From: an uncultured delta proteobacterium
GTDB lineage: Bacteria; Desulfobacterota; Binatia; UBA9968
Length of the DNA: 64,000 bases
Reading direction: 5' to 3'
Assembly (NCBI GenBank): GCA_963728565.1
Contig: CAVSLC010000025.1
Coordinates: 96,001 to 160,000, forward strand
Position numbers and translations under genes: made by a program. Of this stretch, positions 23,245-33,641 are shown in pieces; position 1 is the first letter of the stretch, and each line of letters starts with the position of its first letter. The notes below the pieces were generated by a model. That model was not told the origin of the DNA. It saw only the letters and a list, made by a program, of their open reading frames with translations, and made no database searches.

Positions 23245-24342
23245 CTAATCCCGTATATTCTGCGTGAACCATTCCAGCGGCAGCGGATGTCCAAGACCTT
23301 TAGCGCGCGCCAGATTGTAAGCCGTGCCGCCGACGGCGGCGAACTGCAGGCCTTGCGTGCCCTGATTGTTTAGAAACGTGATCTGTTGATCATTGGCGCG
23401 GCCGATCCAACGGCCGGCCATGACATCGGGCACGGTGCCGATCCCCGGGTTGTCGATTTCGTAATGCGGCGCCGAGGGAATCTTCTTTTTCTCCTCGGCG
23501 TTGCCGGCGATGTAACCGAACATGCCGTCGCTGCCGGTGGTTACTTCCGGAGCGTTGCGGTCGGCGAACAGAGTGGATGTGCCGAGGCGGGCGATCACGT
23601 CGGCCCGCTTTAGAACGTCAGGACCGGCTTCGTTATTGCGCACATTATTGATATGCATTCCGGGCTCGAGCCAGTCGGCCTTGATCACCGGAACCAGCGA
23701 GTCGGTGGTCAGCGCAACCACGTCGGCGCCTTTAAGCGCTTTTTCCGGCGAGTCAACGGCGATCACTTCCATGTCCAGCTTCTCGGTCATCTCAGCGGCA
23801 TAAGCTTCGCGGTTGGCTTTGGTCGGGCTGAATACGCGCATGACTTCGATGGGTTTGACGTGTTTGATCGCTTCGGCATAGGTGCGCGCCATGCCGCCGG
23901 AGCCGATCATCGCCAAGACTTTCGAGTTCTGCCGCGCCAGGTATTTGGTTCCCAGCCCGGCGCAGGCGCCGACCCGCATATGCTGCAGGTAACCGTCGTT
24001 GATGATCGCCAGGGGCTCGCCGTTGCGTGTGCTGGTGAGAAATATCAGGCCGCAATAGGTTCCGCGCTCGATGCAGTATTTGTCCTCGACGATGAAGCCG
24101 TCTTTGTTTTCCCACGCCAGCATGTCCGATTTCATGCGGATGGCGAAGACGCCAAGCTTGCGCGATGCGCCTTCCATGGTTCCCCAACGATAGTAGTGAG
24201 GTTCTTGCGGAACATAGAAATCGATCCGCGGCCGGTAACCGGCGCGCAATTGATTAAGCTCGTGGTATGCCTCCTCCATCGCTTGAATGCAGGTGGGCAT
24301 GTCGAGAACCTGCTCAACGTGAGCATTGGTAAGAAAAATCAT
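23245..24342 (-). CDS. Ornithine cyclodeaminase / mu-crystallin family protein
   Basis: QHMRVGAC, MIGSGGMA, VFSPT, WLEPGMHI, GLQFAAV. Confidence 0.88.
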   Translation of the reverse strand: MIFLTNAHVEQVLDMPTCIQAMEEAYHELNQLRAGYRPRIDFYVPQEPHYYRWGTMEGASRKLGVFAIRMKSDMLAWENKDGFIVEDKYCIERGTYCGLIFLTSTRNGEPLAIINDGYLQHMRVGACAGLGTKYLARQNSKVLAMIGSGGMARTYAEAIKHVKPIEVMRVFSPTKANREAYAAEMTEKLDMEVIAVDSPEKALKGADVVALTTDSLVPVIKADWLEPGMHINNVRNNEAGPDVLKRADVIARLGTSTLFADRNAPEVTTGSDGMFGYIAGNAEEKKKIPSAPHYEIDNPGIGTVPDVMAGRWIGRANDQQITFLNNQGTQGLQFAAVGGTAYNLARAKGLGHPLPLEWFTQNIRD

Positions 24343-24355
24343 CGTTCGCTCCTGG

Positions 24356-24478
24356 CAGGCTGCTGAAAAAGCCTCATATGCTTCGTTGCGCTTGCCCACT
24401 TGCTTCAACGTACTGAAGCGTACGCCTCAGCTCATCGAACTTCGCGCGCCTTGCCTCTGAGGCTTTTTGACCAGCCTG
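24356..24478 (+). mobile_element. MITE-like repeat, copy 1
   Basis: CAGGCTGCTGAAAAAG...CTTTTTGACCAGCCTG terminal inverted repeats; internal CGTAC-TGAAGC-GTACG. Confidence 0.75.
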
Positions 24479-24592
24479 GATACAGACTATTAAGCAAACT
24501 GCTAGTGATCGAAACCACATGATCGGTGGTAGTCTCGTGTGGACTTTGGTATAGCCTGTCAAAGAGTCACTGTAAAGCCGATCGGGGGGGGC

Positions 24593-25588
24593 ATGAAGGC
24601 AATTGCAAAAGCGTTGATCGTTTTGATGTGCGTGATCGGATTCGTTGCCAACGCGGCCGCCCAGGAAAAATTCCGCGCCGCCAGCGGCGGTTTTTCGACT
24701 GCGATCCATTCGCTGCTGTGGCTCGCTTACGAGAAGAAAATTTTTCAGAAATATGGCCTCGACGGCGAGTACCTGGCGTTGGAGAGCGGCACGCCGGCGA
24801 TGCAGGCGTTGTTAGCTAACGAACTGCAAATCGTTTTTACCACCGGAGCTCTGGCGATCACCGCCAATCTGCAGGGAGCCGATGCGACGATTATCGCCGG
24901 CGGCATCAACTTCATTCCCAACAAGCTGCTAGTTCGTCCAGACATAAAAACGCCGGAAGGTTTGAAAGGCAAACGAATTGCCATCAGCCGCTTCGGTTCG
25001 GCATCGGATTACGCAACTCAAGTGGCGTTGGAAAAACTCGGCATCAATCCCAAGGACGTGACCATCGTCCAGACCGGCGGCAATATGACGCGGCTGGCGG
25101 CTTTGAGCCAGGGGACCGTGCACGCGACCTTGTTAAGCGAACCGCACACCACAGTCGGGATGAGAGAATTCAAGCTAAATTCGCTGATCGATCTGGCCGA
25201 GAGCGGTGTGGCATTCCCGCAGAATTGCTTTATCGTAAAGCGCAGCTACTTCGAGGCCAACCGTCCGAAGATCGTCAACGCCATGAAAGCGATCATCGAG
25301 AGTTACTTCGTTTTGCGCAAGGACAAAGCGCTGGCCGTGTCCTTGATGAAGAAATACAACCGCGTCAGCGATGAGGATGCCAGTCTCGGCTACGACTACT
25401 ACCTGGCCAAATACGGTGATGGCGTGATGGTGTTGCCCGACCGCAAGGGCCTGGAATTTATCATTTCCCAGGTGGCCGCCACCAACCCCAAAGCCAAGGG
25501 GCAGACGCCGGAGAGCCTGAGGCTCCTGGACGGCAGTGTCTTGGAAGAAATCAAGAAAAGCGGATTCATCGACAAATTTAAAAAATAG
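24593..25588 (+). CDS. ABC substrate-binding protein, SsuA/THI5/NMT1-like
   Basis: Signal peptide; FQKYGLD, LKGKRIAISRFGSAS. Confidence 0.9.
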   Translation: MKAIAKALIVLMCVIGFVANAAAQEKFRAASGGFSTAIHSLLWLAYEKKIFQKYGLDGEYLALESGTPAMQALLANELQIVFTTGALAITANLQGADATIIAGGINFIPNKLLVRPDIKTPEGLKGKRIAISRFGSASDYATQVALEKLGINPKDVTIVQTGGNMTRLAALSQGTVHATLLSEPHTTVGMREFKLNSLIDLAESGVAFPQNCFIVKRSYFEANRPKIVNAMKAIIESYFVLRKDKALAVSLMKKYNRVSDEDASLGYDYYLAKYGDGVMVLPDRKGLEFIISQVAATNPKAKGQTPESLRLLDGSVLEEIKKSGFIDKFKK

Positions 25589-25709
25589 CCCAGTAGCTCG
25601 GATAATCTGCCGAAGATGTTGATGTCCAAGCCGCGCGATCGTTCTTGCGATTTGAACGGCTTGAACTACTTGGAACGATTTGAAACAAATTATTCAGGGG
25701 AGTGAAATC

Positions 25710-26800
25710 ATGGCTGGTGTGATCGACGCAGATACCCATATCGCCGAGTCGGAAGCGATGTGGGAATTTATCGATCGAGAGATGTATCCGCGCAGGCCGA
25801 TCTGGCAAAGATTCCCGATGACACCTGGTACAAAGATCGAAATGCGTTTTGGCTGATTGATGGCGAGATCTTTCCCAAGCCGGCGGGCAAGGGCAGCTTT
25901 AGTTTGATCACGCCTTCGGCGGCCAAGAGAGAAGCCGGAAGGGGAGACATTCACCTGGCCGTCCGAGAATTGACCGATCCCATCGCGCGCCTGAAGGATA
26001 TGGACAGAATCGCTGTGGAAGTACAGGTGATCTATCCGACACTTTTTCTGGTGTATCTCACTGACGATCCGCAGTTGGAGATAGCTCTGTGCCGCGCCTA
26101 CAATCGCTTTGTCGCCGATGCTTGCGCTAAAGCCCCGGAACGGCTCAAGTGGGTGTCGATTCTGCCGTTACGCGCGGTCGATTCGGCGTTGAAAGAAATG
26201 ACTTGGGCGAAGGAGCATGGCGCGGTCGGTATATTCTTTCGTGGCATGGAAGGCGATCTCACGCTCGATAACCCTTATTTCTTTTCTATCTACGCCCAGG
26301 CGGAGCAGCTCGATCTGCCGATCTGTATTCACACCGGTTCAGGCAGCCGCTACTTGATGCAGCTCTTCGATATCGAACGCAATCACACCTTCGCGCATAA
26401 TCGCGTGCTGCCGGTTTTTGCCTTCCGTGATCTGGTGCACAATCGGATTCCGGAAAAGTTTCCGAGCTTGCGTTTCGGTTTCATCGAAGCTGCCGCCAGT
26501 TGGGTGCCCTACATCTGGCATGTGTTGCGGCGGCAGCAAAGCAATTGGAGATTCAGCGATCCGCAGGAGCTCTTTCGTGAGTATCGCTTCTGGGTAGCCT
26601 GCGAGGCCGATGAAGAGTTGCCGCACCTGGTGCGGTTTCTCGGCGAGGATAAGTTGATTATTGGGTCCGATTACGGCCATAACGATCCTTCCAAGGAGCC
26701 GCAGTTTGTCGCCAATCTGCGCGGTCGCGAGGATGTGCCGAGCGCTTTAGTCGAGAAGATCCTGTGCCAGAATCCCCGAACCTTCTATGGCTTAGGATGA
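25710..26800 (+). CDS. Amidohydrolase_2 family protein (indel near 25802)
   Basis: MAGVIDADTH, then IYPT, AYNRF, CIHTG and GSDYGH in the shifted frame. Confidence 0.88.
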
Positions 26801-26975
26801 GATCGAAATTGCTCGGAGGCGCGCGCTTACAATGTATCCCGCCACGTAGATGCGTTCGGCTCGAGGAGCATGACCATAAATCGGACGGTTTTTGCGAATA
26901 TACTTGCTGATCAGGAGGAAATTCTGTATTTGAAAGCGCATCAATGACTGGCACATGACGTTGGGCCAAAACTAA

Positions 26976-28538
26976 ATGACAAATCCTAGCCAAGAGTACA
27001 CGATTCTGAATGTCGACGATCACGACGCAGGCCGGTACGCCAAGAGCCGCATACTTCAGTTGGCCGGGTACCGGGTTGTTGAGGCTGCTACCGGGGCGGA
27101 TGCCTTGCGGCTGATCCGAGAAGCAAAGCCACAGCTGATTTTACTCGATGTCAAGTTGCCGGACGTAGATGGCACCCAACTGTGCCGCACGATCAAGAGC
27201 GATCCACTGAGCGCGCATGTCATGGTACTGCAAATCTCGGCAGTGCACACGACGCGGGCTGACCGAATTCACGGCTTGGAATGCGGCGCAGACACTTATC
27301 TCATTGAGCCGGTTCAGGCGGACGAGCTCTTGGCTACGGTCAACGCGCTATTGCGTCTCTATGATCGAGAGCGGGAAAATCGTCAGCTGGTGGCACAGTT
27401 GCGCAATGCAGATCGTCAGAAGGATGATTTTCTAGCTGCGCTAGCGCACGAACTGCGAAATCCTCTTGGGGTTGTCAGTAATGCGTTTGATATTCTCCCC
27501 GAAACGCAAACGCCGGAGCCGGTGTCTCAGGAACTTCGCGACATCATCGGCCGGCAGATCGGCCTCATGAGCCGTTTGGTTGATGACTTGCTCGATGTCT
27601 CACGTATTGCTCGCGGCCAGATCGGACTTGCCCGCGAGCCCTGCGACTTCGCTGCTATCGCGCGGCAAACGGTGGACGACTATCGAGCGATTTTGGAGTC
27701 AAACGGTTTGGAGCTAACACTGGAGATGCCGAGCCACCCTGTGTGGGTCGTAGGTGATTGCACCCGACTGGCGCAATCGATCAGCAATCTCCTGCAAAAC
27801 GCCGGCAAGTTTACCAGCGCCGGGGATACGGTGACGGTAAAGCTAGTCGACAATCCAGACGAGCATTGCGCGGTTCTGAGCGTCCGTGACACCGGCATCG
27901 GTATGGAATCGGATTTCCTGGCGCGTATTTTCGAGCCGTTCAGTCAGTTTGATCCAGGTGTGGGACGCAAAGGCGGGCTTGGAATCGGTTTGTCGCTGGT
28001 CAAAGGATTGATCGAACTGCATGGTGGAGAAGTGCATGCCAGAAGTGAAGGTCCCGGGCACGGTTCAGAAATTACTATCCGCCTGCCAACCCAGAAGTTT
28101 GCCGATAGCCGCGACCCAGCTCCCAAATCGACTATAGCCGATGCTGATGCGCTGGCCTGTTACCGTATTCTGGTGATCGACGATAATTCGTTGGCAGCTC
28201 GTACGTTGCAGATCTTTTTGGCAGACAAAGGACATCAGGTTGAGCTCGCGGTCACAGGCCCGCAAGGCTTAGAAAAGGCACGGCAGTGTTTGCCGCAGGT
28301 AGTCCTCTGTGACATCGGCCTGCCCGGACTCGATGGCTACTCAGTAGCCCGGCGGCTACGGCAGGAACTGGGTTCGAATAAAATGTTCTTGATCGCGGTC
28401 TCGGGTTATGGGCAAGAGGAAGATCAGGAACGCGCCAAGAGCGCCGGCTTCGACGCCTATCTGGTAAAGCCGATTAGTTTGAAAGACCTGGAAAAACTAC
28501 TCGCGGAGCTCAATGGACGTTATAAACCGGAGCCATGA
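26976..28538 (+). CDS. Hybrid histidine kinase (REC-HisKA-HATPase-REC)
   Basis: NVDD/LLDV receiver, [26 protein letters not shown]-terminal receiver CDIGLP/KP. Confidence 0.93.
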   Translation: MTNPSQEYTILNVDDHDAGRYAKSRILQLAGYRVVEAATGADALRLIREAKPQLILLDVKLPDVDGTQLCRTIKSDPLSAHVMVLQISAVHTTRADRIHGLECGADTYLIEPVQADELLATVNALLRLYDRERENRQLVAQLRNADRQKDDFLAALAHELRNPLGVVSNAFDILPETQTPEPVSQELRDIIGRQIGLMSRLVDDLLDVSRIARGQIGLAREPCDFAAIARQTVDDYRAILESNGLELTLEMPSHPVWVVGDCTRLAQSISNLLQNAGKFTSAGDTVTVKLVDNPDEHCAVLSVRDTGIGMESDFLARIFEPFSQFDPGVGRKGGLGIGLSLVKGLIELHGGEVHARSEGPGHGSEITIRLPTQKFADSRDPAPKSTIADADALACYRILVIDDNSLAARTLQIFLADKGHQVELAVTGPQGLEKARQCLPQVVLCDIGLPGLDGYSVARRLRQELGSNKMFLIAVSGYGQEEDQERAKSAGFDAYLVKPISLKDLEKLLAELNGRYKPEP

Positions 28539-28577
28539 TTACGTGTTTACAGCGGCTTTCCTATAGAGATTTGGGCA

Positions 28578-30201
28578 TTATTGTTTTGTAGAGGCAAGCC
28601 TGCGAGCCAGCCTTCCCAGCCTTTTCTGTTTGCGTGTGGTTGTGTTTTCTATGGCTTCACCCCAGCGAAAAAGAAATGCGGTTACGAAGGCGTGTTCGCT
28701 GGTTGACTCTACAGCCAGCGGCGCTAGGGCCATCGCCACCGCCAGCGCGATGTGATAGCCGACCGAACGCGAGGCCAATGCTCGACGATAAGCCGGGTGA
28801 GCGCGGTTAACCCAAACCGTCGATTCCATCAAGTGGGCAAGCTCCAGCGCCTCCGGTTGGTCTTCAAACTGAATATCAAGCCCGTAATGTCCGGCCCGCC
28901 GGACAGCGGCTTGCGCCGGCAGCAGCAAGCCATAACCCGGGGCCGCAACGGAATCAGTCGCCGAAGTATCGCTACGACTTTTGTCGCCGTGTTGGCCTTG
29001 CGGCGATGACGTCGGCTCACGTTGATCGGCAAAAGCTTCCGACTGTTCGGCTATCGATGCTGCCACAAAGGCGCGCGACTCAGTGGCATTGGATGCTTGT
29101 CCAAAAGGCAATCTTTTCTGTCCACCCGAGCGTTGTTCTACCAACGACGCAAGCAGAGGAAAGTCGATGGCAAGGTCTTCGAGCAGGTGGGCCAAGTCGC
29201 GTTGTAGAGGGCGAACTTCTCGTGGTGGCGCCTCATCCATGGATGCGCGGCCATCTCCCCAGGCTGCGAGTTGCCGGGAAACGGCTTCCTGAATCGCCTT
29301 TCGAAAGACAAGATAGCTGGCGCCGCGCGTGCCAGTGCGAATGAAATCGCCTTTGTTCAAGGTCAGGCAAGCTGCCAATGCCGGCACTTCGATAAGTCCG
29401 CCGATCCGCTCCGGAGACATTGGCGTCATGCCCAGCCAATCCCAGCCGCGCCGAATCACTTTGCCATAGGTGCTGATGGCTAAGCCCCGAATCTCCTCCG
29501 GAAGCGAATTCTCGTCGCCGAACTAAATAACCGAGCGCAGAAGGCTTACGCTTGCGTGATAACCGAATCGCCAACGGGGCACACAAGGGAGCAGCCCAGA
29601 CATGCCTTTCTAACTGCTCACCGTTGATAGAGATCGCGACGCCGTTGGGATAATGTCCGGCAAGAAACTGGTCAAAGCTGGGGTCGAGCAAAGGTTGGAA
29701 ATGCCGGCGCAAAGCACCTTCGAGGAAGCCAGGATCGAGTAGAGGAGATAACGTATTCTGAAGTTTCAGGCGAACCGCAGTGCCGCGTTCAGAGACAAGA
29801 CCGGCGGGCGGCACCCATTTCCAAGGCGCCCGATGCCGCGAAGCCATGTGCCAGGAAGTCGCAACGTGGCTTTTCCCGCGGCGGGTCTCGGTAAAAACTT
29901 CGCTGCAAACCAGCAAGCCGAGTTTTATTCCGACTCCGGCAAATCCAATCCCTTGGCCTCGGGTCTTTGTGCTCGCGGCGATATCGTGATAGCGCGCCAG
30001 CTCACGCCGTTGCATACCGCAGCCGTTATCGACGGTGATTAACGTGCTTTGGGTCGGGTCGCATTCAAAAGTTATTCGGGTTGCGCCTGAATCCAGCGCA
30101 TTGGCCATAATCTCGGTGAGAATGGTTTCCTCGATAGAGCCTGGATACGCATCCCGTAAGTCTTCGAGGAGGTGCTGTAGATCGACGCGAGTTTCACCCA
30201 T
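28578..30201 (-). CDS. GHKL (MORC/MutL-like) ATPase; single gene with an indel near 29520
   Basis: TEIMANALD, VDNGCGM, GFAGVGIK. The frame continues as GLAISTYGKVIRRGWDWLG...VWVNRAHPAY. Confidence 0.8.
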
Positions 30202-30534
30202 GAGAGATTTTGTCGTTCTTTATCTTTAGCCTGCCACCGATATGGATCATTTATCGTCATTGAAGGGGGTAAATCAATCGTCGGCACGTTAGGTTGCTGA
30301 ACTCTTCCGGAGTCTTTCGACGGGTTCAGACGACCGGAGCAGGTTTTGAAGTGACTGAAACGATTCCGTTCATGCGGAGGTTCTTGAAGCGCAAGATTTT
30401 TCTTCAGCAGTGTGCTCCAGAGATTGATTCCTGCACACCTGCGAGAGCGAAGCGGTGTTGCAGGATTTTTGAAAAAGATAGATTTATGGATTGCTTGATC
30501 GCAAAACACTCTCTTCGCAGATCCGGAGGTTGTT

Positions 30535-31833
30535 GTGCCTGAACCTGCTATTACGTGCCCGCAGTGCAACATCGAAATTAAGCTGACGGAGTCGCTGGCG
30601 GCGCCGCTGATTGAAGCGACTCGCCGTGAATTTGAGATCCGGCTGGCGCAAAAGGATGCCGGTATTGCCAAAAAAGAAGCGATGCTGCGCGATCGCGAAG
30701 CGGCTATCGCTCGGGCCCGAGAGCAAATCGATCAAGAGCTAGCTGCTAAGTTGCTTCAGGAGCGGGGCAAGATTGCCGCCGAAGAAGCGCGCAAGGCAAA
30801 ACTGTCGTTGGCCACGGATCTGGAGCAAAAAGCCAAAGCGATTGCCGAACTGCAAGAGGTCCTGAAGGAGCGAGAGCTCAAGCTTGCCGAAGCGCAAAAG
30901 TCTCAAGCGGAAGTGCTGAGAAAACAGCGTGAGCTGGATGATCTGAAACGGGAAGCGGAGCTGACTATTGAAAAGCGGGTGCAGGAGTCGCTCGCCGCGA
31001 CCCGGGAGCAGGCTCGCAAAGAGACCGAAGAAGAGCTCAAGTTCAAAGTCCTCGAAAAGGAGCAAACAATCAGCTCTATGCAGCGCCAGATCGAAGAACT
31101 CAAGCGCCGCGCCGAGCAAGGTTCTCAGCAGTTGCAGGGCGAGGTGCAGGAGCTCGAGCTGGAGAACTTGTTAAGAACCAAATTTCCACGAGATTCGATC
31201 CAGCCGGTGCCCAAGGGTGAATTCGGCGGCGACGTGCTCCATCGGGTCAACGGAGATCTCGGCCAGTCATGCGGATTTATTCTCTGGGAATGCAAACGGA
31301 CCAAGAATTGGAGCGATGGGTGGCTTGCTAAGCTGCGCGAAGATCAGCGAGCCGCCAAGGCTGAGATCGCTGTGATTGTCAGCCAGGCATTACCCAAGGA
31401 CGTTGAAACCTTCGAGTTCCTCGAAGGAGTATGGGTGACGCATCCGCGAGCAGCAGTGCCGGTCGCGGTGGTATTGCGCCAGACCCTGCTCGAGGTTGCC
31501 GCGGTTCGCCAGTCATCCGAAGGACAACAAACCAAAATGGAAATGGTCTATCAGTACTTGACCGGGCAGCGGTTTCGCCAGCGGGTGCAAGCCATTGTCG
31601 AAGCTTTTTCATGCATGCGAGAGGATCTCGATCGAGAGAAGAGGGCGATTATTAAGCAATGGGCGAAACGAGAGGAACAAATCGAGCGTGTGATGCAAGC
31701 GACCGTTGGCATGTATGGCGACCTTCAAGCGATTGCGGGTAAGACCTTGCAGGAAATCGAGGGGCTGGAATTCCCGGCGCTGGATCAACCCAATATCGAA
31801 CAGGGCGATCTCTGGGGCCGGGATAAAATCTAA
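30535..31833 (+). CDS. DUF2130 domain protein (Zn ribbon + coiled coil + PD-(D/E)xK-like region)
   Basis: ITCPQC, SQQLQGEVQE, KGEFGGD, ILWECKRTKNWSDGW. Confidence 0.88.
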   Translation: MPEPAITCPQCNIEIKLTESLAAPLIEATRREFEIRLAQKDAGIAKKEAMLRDREAAIARAREQIDQELAAKLLQERGKIAAEEARKAKLSLATDLEQKAKAIAELQEVLKERELKLAEAQKSQAEVLRKQRELDDLKREAELTIEKRVQESLAATREQARKETEEELKFKVLEKEQTISSMQRQIEELKRRAEQGSQQLQGEVQELELENLLRTKFPRDSIQPVPKGEFGGDVLHRVNGDLGQSCGFILWECKRTKNWSDGWLAKLREDQRAAKAEIAVIVSQALPKDVETFEFLEGVWVTHPRAAVPVAVVLRQTLLEVAAVRQSSEGQQTKMEMVYQYLTGQRFRQRVQAIVEAFSCMREDLDREKRAIIKQWAKREEQIERVMQATVGMYGDLQAIAGKTLQEIEGLEFPALDQPNIEQGDLWGRDKI

Positions 31834-32339
31834 CCGGCGGTCTTATTCATCCGTCTGGATAAACGTTTGGTCCGCCGCGGCGCCGGCACGGCAAGAATCG
31901 GGCACGAGGCGCGGCGCAAGACTCTTTCGGTGACGCTTCCGATCAACATGTGGGCAAGCCCCGTGCGCCCGTGAGTGGACATGACGATGATGTCGACACT
32001 TTCGGCTGCAGCCTTGTCGACGATCCGCCTGTAAGGTGTGCCAATTTCCACTTCTTGCCGGACTTTGGTGGTTCCGATTAGATCCGCGAATTCTTTTGCG
32101 ATGAAATCATTCAGCGTCTTTTTCCGTTGATCCAAAGTTTTTTTCAGCTTCGGCAACTCGGTCTGCTTGGCAACCCACTCTTCAGTGCCTTGGGGAAAAG
32201 GAGTCTCCTCGACGGTAAGAACGTTGTAGATCAACACCTCGGATTGCTGCCATTGCGCCAGCTCGAGAGCGAAACGAATTCCCGAAATGCACAGATTGGA
32301 CATATCCGCGGGAGCGAGGATCTTCTTGATCTTGGTCAT
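31830..32339 (-). CDS. Universal stress protein
   Basis: KILAPAD, IVMSTHGRTG, GSVTERVLR..CPIL. Confidence 0.92.
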   Translation of the reverse strand: MTKIKKILAPADMSNLCISGIRFALELAQWQQSEVLIYNVLTVEETPFPQGTEEWVAKQTELPKLKKTLDQRKKTLNDFIAKEFADLIGTTKVRQEVEIGTPYRRIVDKAAAESVDIIVMSTHGRTGLAHMLIGSVTERVLRRASCPILAVPAPRRTKRLSRRMNKTAG

Positions 32340-32577
32340 ATCTACGGCGCCTTTCTGCTAACGGGAGAGGAGGAATCTGGCAAGGTATCATAATCGAATA
32401 CCTGGATTGACTCTTAATGTGACATTTCATGACCGGCTATCTTCGTGAACGATGCGGGTCATCGGAAGCGTCACTTCCCGGCCAGGGGAGCTAGGTCCTA
32501 GTTAGCTTTCTCACAGCTCTTGGACGAAGTGGCGCAATCAACAAGAATTTAGCGAGTTGAACCGGCGAGAGCCGCCG

Positions 32578-33636
32578 TTACTTCTCCGGCTCGCTGTTGA
32601 TCTGCGCCTTGGCTTCTTCGATCAGCGGCTGAACGTTCTTTTTCAAACTCGGATCGAGTTGAAAGGCCTTCTGGAAGTCAGCGTCGGCCTCGGCTTGTTT
32701 TTTTTGATAGATGCGCGCTATGCCGCGATAAACGTGAGCTTCGGCATTGCGCGGTTGCAGGCGAATAACTTCGCTGAAATCTCTTGCCGCGTAATCGTAT
32801 TTCGCCAAGCGCAGAAAGGCGATGCCGCGATTGAATGGCGCTTCCGGATCCTTCGCGTTGAGACGAATCGATTCGCTGTAGTCTTCGACCGCCGCCTGGT
32901 ACTTTCCGGCCTTGGCGGCCGCCAGCCCGCGATTATAATAAGCGTCGCCGAACTTTGGGTTGAGTTTTATCACTTCTGTAAAATCAGCTATGGCGGCGTC
33001 GATTTTGTCCGAATCCGAATATGCAATGCCACGGTTATAAAAAGCATCAACCAGCTTTTCTTCTAATGAGAGTGCTTCGGTATAATCCTTGATCGCCTCG
33101 TCCTTCTTGTTGAGAGCCAGATAACTATTGCCGCGGTTAAAGTAAGAGTCGGCGTCTTCCGGGCTAATGCGGATGGCCGCGGAGAAATCCTCCACCGCGG
33201 CATCATAACGGCGCGCGTCGAAGTGGATGCTGCCGCGGTTGATGTATGCTCTGCCATCTTGCGGGTTCAATTTGATGGCGGCGCTGTAATCGTCGAGCGC
33301 GGCCCGCTCTTGTTTCAGTCGCCGATAGGCATTGCCGCGGTTGAAGTAAGCCTCACTGTCCTTGGGCGACAGACGAATCACTTCGCTGTAGTCGTTTACC
33401 GCGCGCTGATTTTGTCCCAGATCGTAGTATGCGTTGCCGCGATTGAAGTATCCTTCGATCCGTTTCGGATGAGTTTTGATGAACCTGTCATAGAGGACGA
33501 TGGCTTCCTTTATTTTCCCCGTCTCGTGCAACTGCAGCGCCTCTTTGAGCGGTTCAATGACCTGACCGGACCATGTGGCTTCAGAAATGAACCCAGCCAA
33601 CAACAAGACAAGAACTTTGATCCCGGTATGACGCAT
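32578..33636 (-). CDS. Exported tetratricopeptide repeat protein
   Basis: Signal peptide; repeated AY.NRG 34-aa units. Confidence 0.92.
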   Translation of the reverse strand: MRHTGIKVLVLLLAGFISEATWSGQVIEPLKEALQLHETGKIKEAIVLYDRFIKTHPKRIEGYFNRGNAYYDLGQNQRAVNDYSEVIRLSPKDSEAYFNRGNAYRRLKQERAALDDYSAAIKLNPQDGRAYINRGSIHFDARRYDAAVEDFSAAIRISPEDADSYFNRGNSYLALNKKDEAIKDYTEALSLEEKLVDAFYNRGIAYSDSDKIDAAIADFTEVIKLNPKFGDAYYNRGLAAAKAGKYQAAVEDYSESIRLNAKDPEAPFNRGIAFLRLAKYDYAARDFSEVIRLQPRNAEAHVYRGIARIYQKKQAEADADFQKAFQLDPSLKKNVQPLIEEAKAQINSEPEK

Positions 33637-33641
33637 GGCCG

